Origin: a virus | Direction: 5' to 3' (one strand) | Length of the DNA: 64,000 nucleotides | IMG/VR virus record: IMGVR_UViG_3300025870_000011 | Coordinates: 5,780 to 69,779 of that record | Part shown: positions 8,586 through 17,060 of the stretch, piece by piece | Layout of the letters: each line of letters opens with the position of its first letter | Position numbering within the stretch: the first letter of the stretch is position 1 | Translations under genes and position numbers: made by a program | The notes under the pieces: generated by a model | Databases searched by the model: none | The model's input: only the letters and a program-made list of their open reading frames with translations | What the model was told of the DNA's origin: nothing

Positions 8586-8810
8586 ATGTGGCCTTTCACT
8601 ACACAACAAGAACGACAAACAGAAGCCATGTCTCAGATTTTGGCTGAAAACGCATATGAGCGAAAGATGGAACGGGCTACTGGATGGGTACGGACTTTTA
8701 TTGCTTTGATCGGGGGTGTTGCATTGACATTTATGATCTTAATCGGCTTGGAATCACTCGAAATAAATCCTTCGGACGTATGGACTTGGATCAAAGGATT
8801 ATTTTCTTGA
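8586..8810 (+). CDS. small single-TM membrane protein
   Basis: Hydrophobic segment FIALIGGVALTFMILIGL and an amphipathic C-terminus VWTWIKGLFS. Confidence 0.7.
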   Translation: MWPFTTQQERQTEAMSQILAENAYERKMERATGWVRTFIALIGGVALTFMILIGLESLEINPSDVWTWIKGLFS

Positions 8811-8823
8811 ATAAGGTGGCATA

Positions 8824-9555
8824 ATGTCTGCTCTAATCGCAGGGCATATGCTCATGGCATCTGCATCAGCATTTTATTCATTTTATAGAATTCTTAGACC
8901 ATATCGAATCGGTGTGTATGGTCCTTCAATGGTTGGAAAAACAACTCTCGATCAATACCTTACCGTTCCTGGTGACATTGATCCAATCCCTCTTGCTATG
9001 AGAACCGCACACCCCAAAGCAAACACTCATACTGGATTTAGAGAGCCAAACGAAACAAGAAAACAAATTCGTTTAATTAAAGACAAAAAACCAATTAGAA
9101 CAACTGATTTAGCGGGAGATGCGATGTTTCGCAATCTATGGATCGATGATATGTTTCGTAGAAATGTTGAATTGATAATATTCATGGTTGATCACAGAGC
9201 AATGACCTCACCACAGTTTGCTATGGATGCTTCTGCCAGCCTTTCATACTTAGTTGATAACATTACAAAAAAAAGCATCACTAAGAACATAACTCGAAAA
9301 GCAAAAAGAAAATCAAAAAAGTATCAGCCAAAGTTAATCTGTCTCATGATTAACAAAATGGATATTTGGTGGGATGATCGGGCGCAATACTTGTGGCAGA
9401 TGGGATTGCGAAAAGAACACCCAATAGTTGCGCCGTTTCGTGAATCATTGAAACGTTTGAGGAAAGCAGGCTATCGTGCTGAGATCATGGCAATGTCATC
9501 ACAACACGGAATAAATGTTGAAAAGGGTTTAATTGAATTATTGGAGTCTTTGTAA
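8824..9555 (+). CDS. small Ras/Arf-like GTPase
   Basis: G1 GPSMVGKTT, G2 RT, G3 DLAG, G4 NKMD, G5 SSQ; hydrophobic N-terminal helix. Confidence 0.85.
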   Translation: MSALIAGHMLMASASAFYSFYRILRPYRIGVYGPSMVGKTTLDQYLTVPGDIDPIPLAMRTAHPKANTHTGFREPNETRKQIRLIKDKKPIRTTDLAGDAMFRNLWIDDMFRRNVELIIFMVDHRAMTSPQFAMDASASLSYLVDNITKKSITKNITRKAKRKSKKYQPKLICLMINKMDIWWDDRAQYLWQMGLRKEHPIVAPFRESLKRLRKAGYRAEIMAMSSQHGINVEKGLIELLESL

Positions 9556-9592
9556 GAAAAGCCTTATGATGTTGTCAGTTATGGGAGGGTTA

Positions 9593-10567
9593 ATGGCGTG
9601 GAATGCTCAGGCGTTGAATCCGATGTCGTATTTGCCTTATCAAAGGGGCTTAACATTAAATGGTCTTGACAATGAACAATTGAAAATAGTTTCTGCACAG
9701 ACAGGAATTTCATTTGAATTGTTAAAGTCCCAACAACGTGCTGAAATGGCAAGTGCAGGTTCAACTGGAGATGTAGGTGATGAGCAATTGATGCCTACTG
9801 TTGAGATCCAGTTAAAATCAAATCCAAAAAACCCAAACAAAGCGCGTCGAAAAAACATCAAAATGTTGCGAAAAGCACTCAGACCCCCAAATTACAACTT
9901 AGGTTTGTTTAAGATATATCGCTATAATGCTGCACATGAATGTGCTTGCTGTGGAGTTGATATTCGGAGATTTCTTGAGGGGGATAATGCTTATGCTCAC
10001 ATTGTTGATGAGAGAACATCTCTTTCCCTTGCCGACATCTACTGGTTTGATGAAGAAACAGGTAATGCAAAAAAGCCATTGGCGAGAACGCATGGTGATC
10101 ACGGCGATGAAATGAATAGTTCGCTTTGCCCTGCCCATCTTCACATTTACCACACTTTGAAATCATTGGTTCAAGAACATGAAATGGCGGAAGAAGGATT
10201 TTCACGAATCGCCTCAAAGGGAACTAAATTCACAAAGATACCAGGAGTATCTGCTCTGATGGGATCTGGTTCATCAAAGAATAGAAGCACTCCTGAATCA
10301 TTGTTAAAGTATGAAGAATTCTTCTCTTTAATTCACAAAGATGCACAGCATAGCAAAGGAGTTAGTTTAACAACTCTCCCAAATCCAACAACAGGAATAG
10401 TCGATATTGTTCAAGTTACATTCGATCTTCGTGCATTACAAGCGGAGTCGGTATTGGCTCAAAGAAATGCAATGGCAACTGGAGTTCCTATGCAAAATGC
10501 TATGAATACGGCAATGATGCAACAACAAATGCCGCCTGTAACGCAACAAACGGCAACACAAGTATAA
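9593..10567 (+). CDS. hypothetical protein with putative Zn site (CACC...CPAH)
   Basis: Long ORF; ATG at 9593 after GGAGGG; Gln/Met-rich tail. Confidence 0.65.
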   Translation: MAWNAQALNPMSYLPYQRGLTLNGLDNEQLKIVSAQTGISFELLKSQQRAEMASAGSTGDVGDEQLMPTVEIQLKSNPKNPNKARRKNIKMLRKALRPPNYNLGLFKIYRYNAAHECACCGVDIRRFLEGDNAYAHIVDERTSLSLADIYWFDEETGNAKKPLARTHGDHGDEMNSSLCPAHLHIYHTLKSLVQEHEMAEEGFSRIASKGTKFTKIPGVSALMGSGSSKNRSTPESLLKYEEFFSLIHKDAQHSKGVSLTTLPNPTTGIVDIVQVTFDLRALQAESVLAQRNAMATGVPMQNAMNTAMMQQQMPPVTQQTATQV

Positions 10568-10579
10568 GGGTGAATAAAT

Positions 10580-11218
10580 ATGGGATGGTTTAGCAAGAAC
10601 GATACGCAAGCAAGCACACAATTTGGATCGCCAAATGGAAATATGGGTATGCAAGGAATGGGTATGCAAGGAATGGGTATGCAAGGAATGGGCATGGATC
10701 CTTCAATGATGGGTATGCAAATGGCTCAAAATCCAATGATGCAACAAATGGCTAATGACCCTATTACTGCAACTGCACGTTTGCTTCAACTAAACGATCC
10801 AGTAGCACAATTCATAACAACACCAAATATTGGGCTGGTCATGGACTTGATCGGGGAAGTCGTTAGATTGTCAATTAAAGAGTTCTTTACTCAAGTTTCC
10901 TTTACTCAAGACGATACAGGCAAAATTATTCTTGATGCGGCTTCTTTACCACCTGCAATCAATACGCTTTCACCAGAAAATCTTGGTTTGACTATGACTC
11001 GCCTTCAATCTTCGGCGCAACAAACCATCGCAATGAATGAGCAACAGAGGCAGATGTTTATGCAAGCACATTCGATGGGGATGAATATGAATCCGCAACA
11101 ACAACCTGGATTCTTCGGCAGTTTGCTCGGAGGTATGCTCGGTAATCAAGTCCAGCAACAAGGCGGCTTCGGAACGACAGTCGCTAAGGGTGCAGCAATG
11201 GGGGCGACTGTTATATGA
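10580..11218 (+). CDS. Gly/Met/Gln-rich low-complexity protein
   Basis: SD GGTGA; MGWF start; GMQGM repeats; glycine-zipper-like C-terminus GFFGSLLGGMLG. Confidence 0.7.
   Translation: MGWFSKNDTQASTQFGSPNGNMGMQGMGMQGMGMQGMGMDPSMMGMQMAQNPMMQQMANDPITATARLLQLNDPVAQFITTPNIGLVMDLIGEVVRLSIKEFFTQVSFTQDDTGKIILDAASLPPAINTLSPENLGLTMTRLQSSAQQTIAMNEQQRQMFMQAHSMGMNMNPQQQPGFFGSLLGGMLGNQVQQQGGFGTTVAKGAAMGATVI
10643..10696 (+). repeat. 15-nt tandem repeat ATGGGTATGCAAGGA x3 plus a partial copy
   Basis: Exact copies at 10643, 10658 and 10673, encoding MGMQG. Confidence 0.95.
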
Positions 11219-11466
11219 AACAACAACAAGAAAATAACCAACAATACACTCAGAGTCATTACGACACGACAATTCAATTGATGAGTCCAAGCAAGATGAT
11301 TGTTGAGAGCGCAACGATGATTTTCATTATTTCTTTTATGCTTGCTTCCTTTGTGATATTGATTTGGAGAGGTTCGACGTTATCATCGACTCAAATTCTT
11401 TTAGGAACATTTGGTTTGCTCTTTACCTTTGCATTAGCAGTTCGACAATTTGCTTCTTTTCGGTAG
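11215..11466 (+). CDS. small two-TM membrane protein (holin-like topology)
   Basis: 83 aa; TMs ATMIFIISFMLASFVILIW and ILLGTFGLLFTFALAV. Confidence 0.65.
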   Translation: MKQQQENNQQYTQSHYDTTIQLMSPSKMIVESATMIFIISFMLASFVILIWRGSTLSSTQILLGTFGLLFTFALAVRQFASFR

Positions 11467-11477
11467 CCTCATCGGGT

Positions 11478-11696
11478 GTGAGGCGGTTTAATCCGTTACC
11501 GTATAGCCCTCTGCTAACACGGTTCGATCAAGATGGCGATGGTGATTTTGATATGGATGATGTAAAAATTATTTTAGGCAAGAAAGAAAAGCCAACGAAA
11601 CAATGTGCAGCCATGACAAAAAGTGGCAACAGATGCAAACGAAAGTCCGATCTTGATGACAATAACTTGTGTTATATGCATAGAAAGCATGAATAA
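11478..11696 (+). CDS. small protein with EF-hand-like loop and C-x-A-x-T-K-x-G-x-R-C...C-x-x-H Zn module
   Basis: DQDGDGDFDMDD and QCAAMTKSGNRCKR...LCYMH. Start codon uncertain (GTG 11478 chosen). Confidence 0.55.
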   Translation: MRRFNPLPYSPLLTRFDQDGDGDFDMDDVKIILGKKEKPTKQCAAMTKSGNRCKRKSDLDDNNLCYMHRKHE

Positions 11697-11727
11697 GCCA
11701 ATAAACACAACGAGCGTGGGATAAATT

Positions 11728-12438
11728 ATGGCTGGTCGTCAGACACGCAAAAATTGTGCGTTTTGCCAACACCCTAAAAGAGATTTACTTGAAAAGCAAA
11801 TACTTGAAGGTTCATTAGACGTTCAAGATTGCGATCATCAAAACCAATGGGCGGAAGGAACATCTCATCGGCATATGCGGAGGCACTCTGGAGAATATTA
11901 CAACAACAGTAATACTCAATGCCCCATATGCACAGATCCAAATCGCTCACACATTGAATCTGCAATACTCGAAGGAAGGGCAGGCATTGATGACTTTGCT
12001 ATTGAGTTGGGTATTGCCAGTAGTTTGGTATCAAACCACATGGAAAAGCATACAAAACCAATTATTCAACAACATATTCACATAGAAGCATTGCCAAATG
12101 CAATGAAAACGGTTCATGAATCATTAGGCCGTGTTGAAAAAAATATGAATCGTTTAGATCGACTTCTTGGCCGAGTTCTCGATCATGTAGAAAATCAATT
12201 CGATGATGAAGAAGAAGTTATTGAAATGCGCGATGTTGAAACAGCATTAAAGGTACATCGTGAAGTTAGAGATACTTTGGTTGAACTGGCAAAATGGATG
12301 GATAAGGCTGAAACCATTGAAGATAAGCAATCAGTTTCTATCTTAAATGTTTTACAACAGTTTTACACAGAAAAATCACCTCAAGAATGGATTGAGTTGA
12401 AAAGTCGATTAGTTTCTTCTGGAGTGATGAGTGAATGA
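11728..12438 (+). CDS. candidate terminase small subunit (duplicated CxxC-HP/HTH plus coiled coil)
   Basis: Two repeats C-x2-C-x-[HD]P-x-R...H-M-x-x-H followed by a helical coiled coil; first gene of the block leading to terL. Confidence 0.45.
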   Translation: MAGRQTRKNCAFCQHPKRDLLEKQILEGSLDVQDCDHQNQWAEGTSHRHMRRHSGEYYNNSNTQCPICTDPNRSHIESAILEGRAGIDDFAIELGIASSLVSNHMEKHTKPIIQQHIHIEALPNAMKTVHESLGRVEKNMNRLDRLLGRVLDHVENQFDDEEEVIEMRDVETALKVHREVRDTLVELAKWMDKAETIEDKQSVSILNVLQQFYTEKSPQEWIELKSRLVSSGVMSE

Positions 12439-12875
12439 AATCAGTCCGACACTTGATGCTCAAAGATATGCCTGAGCATGATTCTATTCTAAACACAAAA
12501 ATTCCAAAAGATGAATGGACTGTTGAAGATTTGCTTTTTTATACAGATTCAGTTGATCAGGTTGTTAAGCGATGGGTGGAGGCTATTTCAGAACACCTTG
12601 AATATCCGAGCGAAGTGGTTTCAAACATATGGGGTTCTTTGATTATGACTCGTTTGCTAATTGATGATTTAAAAATACTAAAAACTAATCCTGGTGCTGA
12701 TTGTATCTCTTTACTTGACGGAACACAGATTATCACCGATCTTAAACAAAAGATGTTGCCTATGTCAAAATCATATGCGCGTGTACCTTCATTGGCTCAA
12801 TGGTACATGACCCTGCCAAATGAAATAGATGTAGTGTATAGAGCCATACGACGGAGGTTGAAGGATGGTCAGTAG
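12435..12875 (+). CDS. hypothetical protein
   Basis: ATGA overlap with the upstream gene; 146 aa. Confidence 0.65.
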   Translation: MKSVRHLMLKDMPEHDSILNTKIPKDEWTVEDLLFYTDSVDQVVKRWVEAISEHLEYPSEVVSNIWGSLIMTRLLIDDLKILKTNPGADCISLLDGTQIITDLKQKMLPMSKSYARVPSLAQWYMTLPNEIDVVYRAIRRRLKDGQ

Positions 12876-14160
12876 CAACCCAAGAGAATCTGTTCTTTGG
12901 ACTCCAAGAACTCAAGAAATTACAGGCGGATTCCGCCCACGTGAGATGATTGATCACGACATCAATCCGAATGAGGATAGTGACGGTTTATCTCATCATG
13001 GTCGTGAAACACCAGAAGATACCCATAGTCGTGATCAGAAAGATCCTGCAAAACGAAAAGAACGTGCAGTGGCTGAATTAGAACCAAAGATACCGCATAT
13101 TAGTATTAAACCAGAAAAAATAGATGATACTTTAGGAAGATCGCCCCAATTTGAACAAGAACAAACTATGCTTGAAGCAGGTATTGGACTGGACATGAAT
13201 AGAAACGGAATCGGTTTATCAAATGGATTCAATGCGGGTTCTGTTCGTAGCGAAGGACCTAACGTAAAATATGGTCAAAGCAATTCAGTAGTCCCTGCTA
13301 TGCTTGGAAAAACCAGCGACGAGATATTTAATTTTACTTGGGATAGCATCTCAAAAGGCAGACGGAAATACAAAGGCCGTCATATGTATGATGATGAAGA
13401 TTCTGATGAAGATGAACGTAAAGGAAAGGCCAAGCGAAAGCGAAAAAAGAAGCGACAGGCAAAGAAAGGGAAGGCGGCACGTGGAGGCCGACAAATCAAA
13501 TCTATGACGAAGCGACGTGCTGGTAATCTTGAATTGGATGTTGATCGAGGTTCACGTAGGCAAGCGTTTCACCCAATTAAACACACAGAAGCAGTTAGGG
13601 GCGTAGGCCGTTCAAGATCAGAGTCTATTCCGCTTCGATTGAGAGATCCTATTGCATGGGAACGAAAAAAGGCGTATGAGCGAATGCGAAGGCAAGTCGG
13701 TTCTTTGCCACGTGGATTAACTCACCACGCTGATACAAGAGGTGTGGGAACAAAGCGTGGTGCTATTCAAGGAGGCACAATTGGTCCTGGAACAAAGTTG
13801 CCAACCGTTGCACGTATGGGAACTGGGACAACAAAATTTTCAAGAAACGCAATAGGTGATGCTCTTGGAATTCACGATCCTTTAGTTGCTAAATCAGACA
13901 TTCACAAATCCAAATTAAATATTTCACGTTCCGAGATAATGGCTATGAAACGTAAGATTGAGAAGTTAGTTCAACAACTCAACAAATTGACAAAAGCCAC
14001 ACCTGAACTTGGAAACGAAGGTAAGGTTGGCGCACAGGTAAATGGCGATACTGCATCAGCACCAACTGGTGCAACTAAATTGAATGAGGAAGAGAAACCT
14101 TACAGGGCTTTTGTCGATATGGCTTTGAGCAATGAGATGGGATTAACAGGCAAAAGGTGA
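12865..14160 (+). CDS. putative internal virion protein with internal tag and highly basic segment
   Basis: FNFTWDSISK|G at 13321-13359, followed by a Lys/Arg-rich stretch (KAKRKRKKKRQAKKGKAARGGR). Confidence 0.6.
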   Translation: MVSSNPRESVLWTPRTQEITGGFRPREMIDHDINPNEDSDGLSHHGRETPEDTHSRDQKDPAKRKERAVAELEPKIPHISIKPEKIDDTLGRSPQFEQEQTMLEAGIGLDMNRNGIGLSNGFNAGSVRSEGPNVKYGQSNSVVPAMLGKTSDEIFNFTWDSISKGRRKYKGRHMYDDEDSDEDERKGKAKRKRKKKRQAKKGKAARGGRQIKSMTKRRAGNLELDVDRGSRRQAFHPIKHTEAVRGVGRSRSESIPLRLRDPIAWERKKAYERMRRQVGSLPRGLTHHADTRGVGTKRGAIQGGTIGPGTKLPTVARMGTGTTKFSRNAIGDALGIHDPLVAKSDIHKSKLNISRSEIMAMKRKIEKLVQQLNKLTKATPELGNEGKVGAQVNGDTASAPTGATKLNEEEKPYRAFVDMALSNEMGLTGKR

Positions 14161-14244
14161 TCTAATGAGTAGATTAGATGATGAGTTTTGGAGATGGTAC
14201 AATTCTCTTTCATGGTGGGATCAATATAATTTGGAGGGTGTTTG

Positions 14245-16080
14245 ATGCCTCTCGTTGTCTTAGATGATTTTCTTATTCGTAAAGGACATGGATTGTTTAA
14301 CATTCATGAATTTATTGAGGCTATGTTAAGCACAGATAGTGTTGAAGATGGATATGCTGCACTTCAAGACAGCCATCACGATCTAAACCATGACAATTTT
14401 GCAGGGGTCGAAGCCGATGCGGTAAAATTAGCCTCAAATCGAGGGATAGGCGGATTGACACCTCAAGATATTGAAATCATAAATCAAGGCGAGGCAGCAA
14501 ATCCTCAAGCATGGCATCAAGCATTCCAAAAGGCTGTAAACGTTGGCGCACCGTTGATCAATGAAGCCATTGCTAAGACCAATGAAATAAACAAACAGAA
14601 AAATTTTGAAGCAGGTGTGCCGCATCGAGATATACCTATGGCATTTGAAAATGACATGGGAAATTATGTTGCTGTTCAAGCATGGAGGCAACCTGTTATT
14701 GGATCGAAGAACGGACAAACTCATAATCAACAAGGTGCGTTAATTACACAATACAAAAGTGCATTGACTGGAAAACCCGAAGCATATGCACGTCCATACG
14801 GTATCGGACTCCAGGTATTAAGAAAAGAAAAATATCCTGATCTCAAAATGCCAAAAGCAAGCGATGAAATCAATCCAAGAATTTTACATGGCGATTCGAT
14901 TTACATTCGAGATGGAAACCTTCGATCAAGATTTGGTCAAGCAGTTCAAAATATAAAAATGGCATATCCAAATTCCCCTCCCGATCAATTAAAGGGAATG
15001 GCTCTACAAGCGTTGCGAAACCTTCCTGAATTTGATAAATTCGGAGGAATACGACACAGTAGCGGATTACAATATGGAAACTTTTCTGAGGGTAATATGC
15101 AACAAAGGGTAACTGAACAAAAATATGAAAATGCAGATTCAAGAGATTCTTTGTTGGAATTCATACCGCCCGAAGCAAGAGAACATTCAATGTATCGAAC
15201 AACAGGAAATTCTTATTATCACAAACCTGATCCATCTAATGCACAAATAAAATTTTATGCTAAGCATTTTGGATGGGATGAAGAAAAATCAAGAGAAGTC
15301 CACCAAAATGCTTACTCTGGAAAATACGACCACATCTCAAATTCAAGAGATCAACTTATGGCTGCAAAGCGTGATGAATTGTTGGCAAGTGGAAAGAAAC
15401 TTGATTATTTGAGTCCAGATGCAGTTATGCCAAGAGATGCCAACATTCCCTCTCCAGTTGATGAACAACAGACCCCTTCTGAACAACCAAAACAACCAAA
15501 CGCAGGGTCAATGTCAGAGTTCTTCAATCCTGCATTTACTGAAACACCAATACAAGAGGCTGTTTCACGGCCTCCGCCTCTTCCAATTCAACCTCCTGCT
15601 GAACCTCCCAAACAAAATCAATTTGTTGTCGGTGCTTTACCTGCACCACAAAAACCACCTGCACCCCCTGTCTCTTCCCTAAATGCTTATCCCTCAAGAC
15701 CAACTCCGAACCAAAGTACGGGGCGTGGATTCTTGGATAATTTGATGTCAAGGCTCGGTTATGCCTACGAAACATTGTTTCCGTCATTTGGTAAAGCCGA
15801 CTTCTCAAATAAAGATGCTTTGAGTGAAATGCTTGAAAACGTGCAGTTAGAGATCGCTAAAAAAGAAATGAATGTTCCATATCAACATCAAAGCCTTATC
15901 AAATCCTCTTTGTCGATCAAATCAATTGAAGATGTAACAAAGGTCGGCAATACAATGAAAAGACCAAATTCCGATATAATCACAGTTTTTCACAGTAGGG
16001 GAGATTGGGATAATTTAGCGAAATCTTTCGATATGACAAAAATAGAAGTTCAAATGGTGAAGGTGATTTTTAATGAATGA
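14245..16080 (+). CDS. hypothetical protein with Pro-rich linker (putative head-associated)
   Basis: SD GGAGG at 14233; N-terminal DFLIRK|G; Pro-rich region near the C-terminus. Confidence 0.65.
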   Translation: MPLVVLDDFLIRKGHGLFNIHEFIEAMLSTDSVEDGYAALQDSHHDLNHDNFAGVEADAVKLASNRGIGGLTPQDIEIINQGEAANPQAWHQAFQKAVNVGAPLINEAIAKTNEINKQKNFEAGVPHRDIPMAFENDMGNYVAVQAWRQPVIGSKNGQTHNQQGALITQYKSALTGKPEAYARPYGIGLQVLRKEKYPDLKMPKASDEINPRILHGDSIYIRDGNLRSRFGQAVQNIKMAYPNSPPDQLKGMALQALRNLPEFDKFGGIRHSSGLQYGNFSEGNMQQRVTEQKYENADSRDSLLEFIPPEAREHSMYRTTGNSYYHKPDPSNAQIKFYAKHFGWDEEKSREVHQNAYSGKYDHISNSRDQLMAAKRDELLASGKKLDYLSPDAVMPRDANIPSPVDEQQTPSEQPKQPNAGSMSEFFNPAFTETPIQEAVSRPPPLPIQPPAEPPKQNQFVVGALPAPQKPPAPPVSSLNAYPSRPTPNQSTGRGFLDNLMSRLGYAYETLFPSFGKADFSNKDALSEMLENVQLEIAKKEMNVPYQHQSLIKSSLSIKSIEDVTKVGNTMKRPNSDIITVFHSRGDWDNLAKSFDMTKIEVQMVKVIFNE

Positions 16081-17056
16081 TGATTTAATTTTAAGAGCAA
16101 GACTTGATGCACTGGGGTATTCAGACGAATATATTCAAAAAAATGTTATAGGACAAAGTTCTTTACCAGGATCAAGAAGAGGCTCGATTCCCGTTTTTGG
16201 TGCAGCGTTACATCGAAAAAAAATGGGGATGAGCAAGGATGATTATAAACAACAGGTAAGGGACAATAAGACTACTGGTCAGCAAACGGCAAGAAATGAG
16301 ATGTTTGATGCAAATGCTGCGAAAGGAAACATTAACACCGCGCCTCAAACTGTACCAGCAATGACTGAGCCATCAATTAAGAACGCAGATGGCACTACGC
16401 AATCCTTACAGGAAGTAGGTATGCAACAAGCGGGGATTGGTAATGATGATGGCTCAGTTACAGGAACAGGAACTCCTGATCAAGTCAAAACAGACACAAA
16501 AATGGGTGCAGATGGCAACCCCGCACAAACCACAACAACAGAAGTCCATAATGCCAATGCAGATACTACGGGACCGAGTGGTGCTGGAAATGTTACAGAT
16601 ACAACTCAACAACAGCAACCTGATCAACAACAACCGCAGCAACAACCACAGGCTCAAGGTCAAGGTGGCGTAAATGCTCAAGTTCAAGGAATGGCTCAAC
16701 AATTCCAAGCGGGACAGGATATGCAAACGGTTCAGCAAGGAAAAGGTGCAGCAGATCAAACATGGGCGAAAAATAGATCTGGAATGGGCAAGTTTTTCGA
16801 TGTCGCTACTTTTGGTGCAACTGCTGGATTAGGAAAAACAGGCGCAGGTGGACGTAGACAGGCCAATGAGCAATCTCAACAACAGACTAAAAACTACAAT
16901 CAGGCTCAACAACGCAACAATCAACGAGCAATGGGAATGGGAGCATCAATGCCTATCGCTACATCATTCGATTCTCAACTATCGGCCTATTCCGATGTCT
17001 TGTCTCTTAGAAAACAAATTCAAGAAAGAACTACAACTCACAATCTACGAAGGTGA
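16073..17056 (+). CDS. Gln/Gly/Thr-rich disordered protein (putative ejection/internal protein)
   Basis: SD AAGGTGA; poly-Q segments; carries the GKFFDVATFG motif. Confidence 0.65.
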   Translation: MNDDLILRARLDALGYSDEYIQKNVIGQSSLPGSRRGSIPVFGAALHRKKMGMSKDDYKQQVRDNKTTGQQTARNEMFDANAAKGNINTAPQTVPAMTEPSIKNADGTTQSLQEVGMQQAGIGNDDGSVTGTGTPDQVKTDTKMGADGNPAQTTTTEVHNANADTTGPSGAGNVTDTTQQQQPDQQQPQQQPQAQGQGGVNAQVQGMAQQFQAGQDMQTVQQGKGAADQTWAKNRSGMGKFFDVATFGATAGLGKTGAGGRRQANEQSQQQTKNYNQAQQRNNQRAMGMGASMPIATSFDSQLSAYSDVLSLRKQIQERTTTHNLRR

Positions 17057-17060
17057 TACG

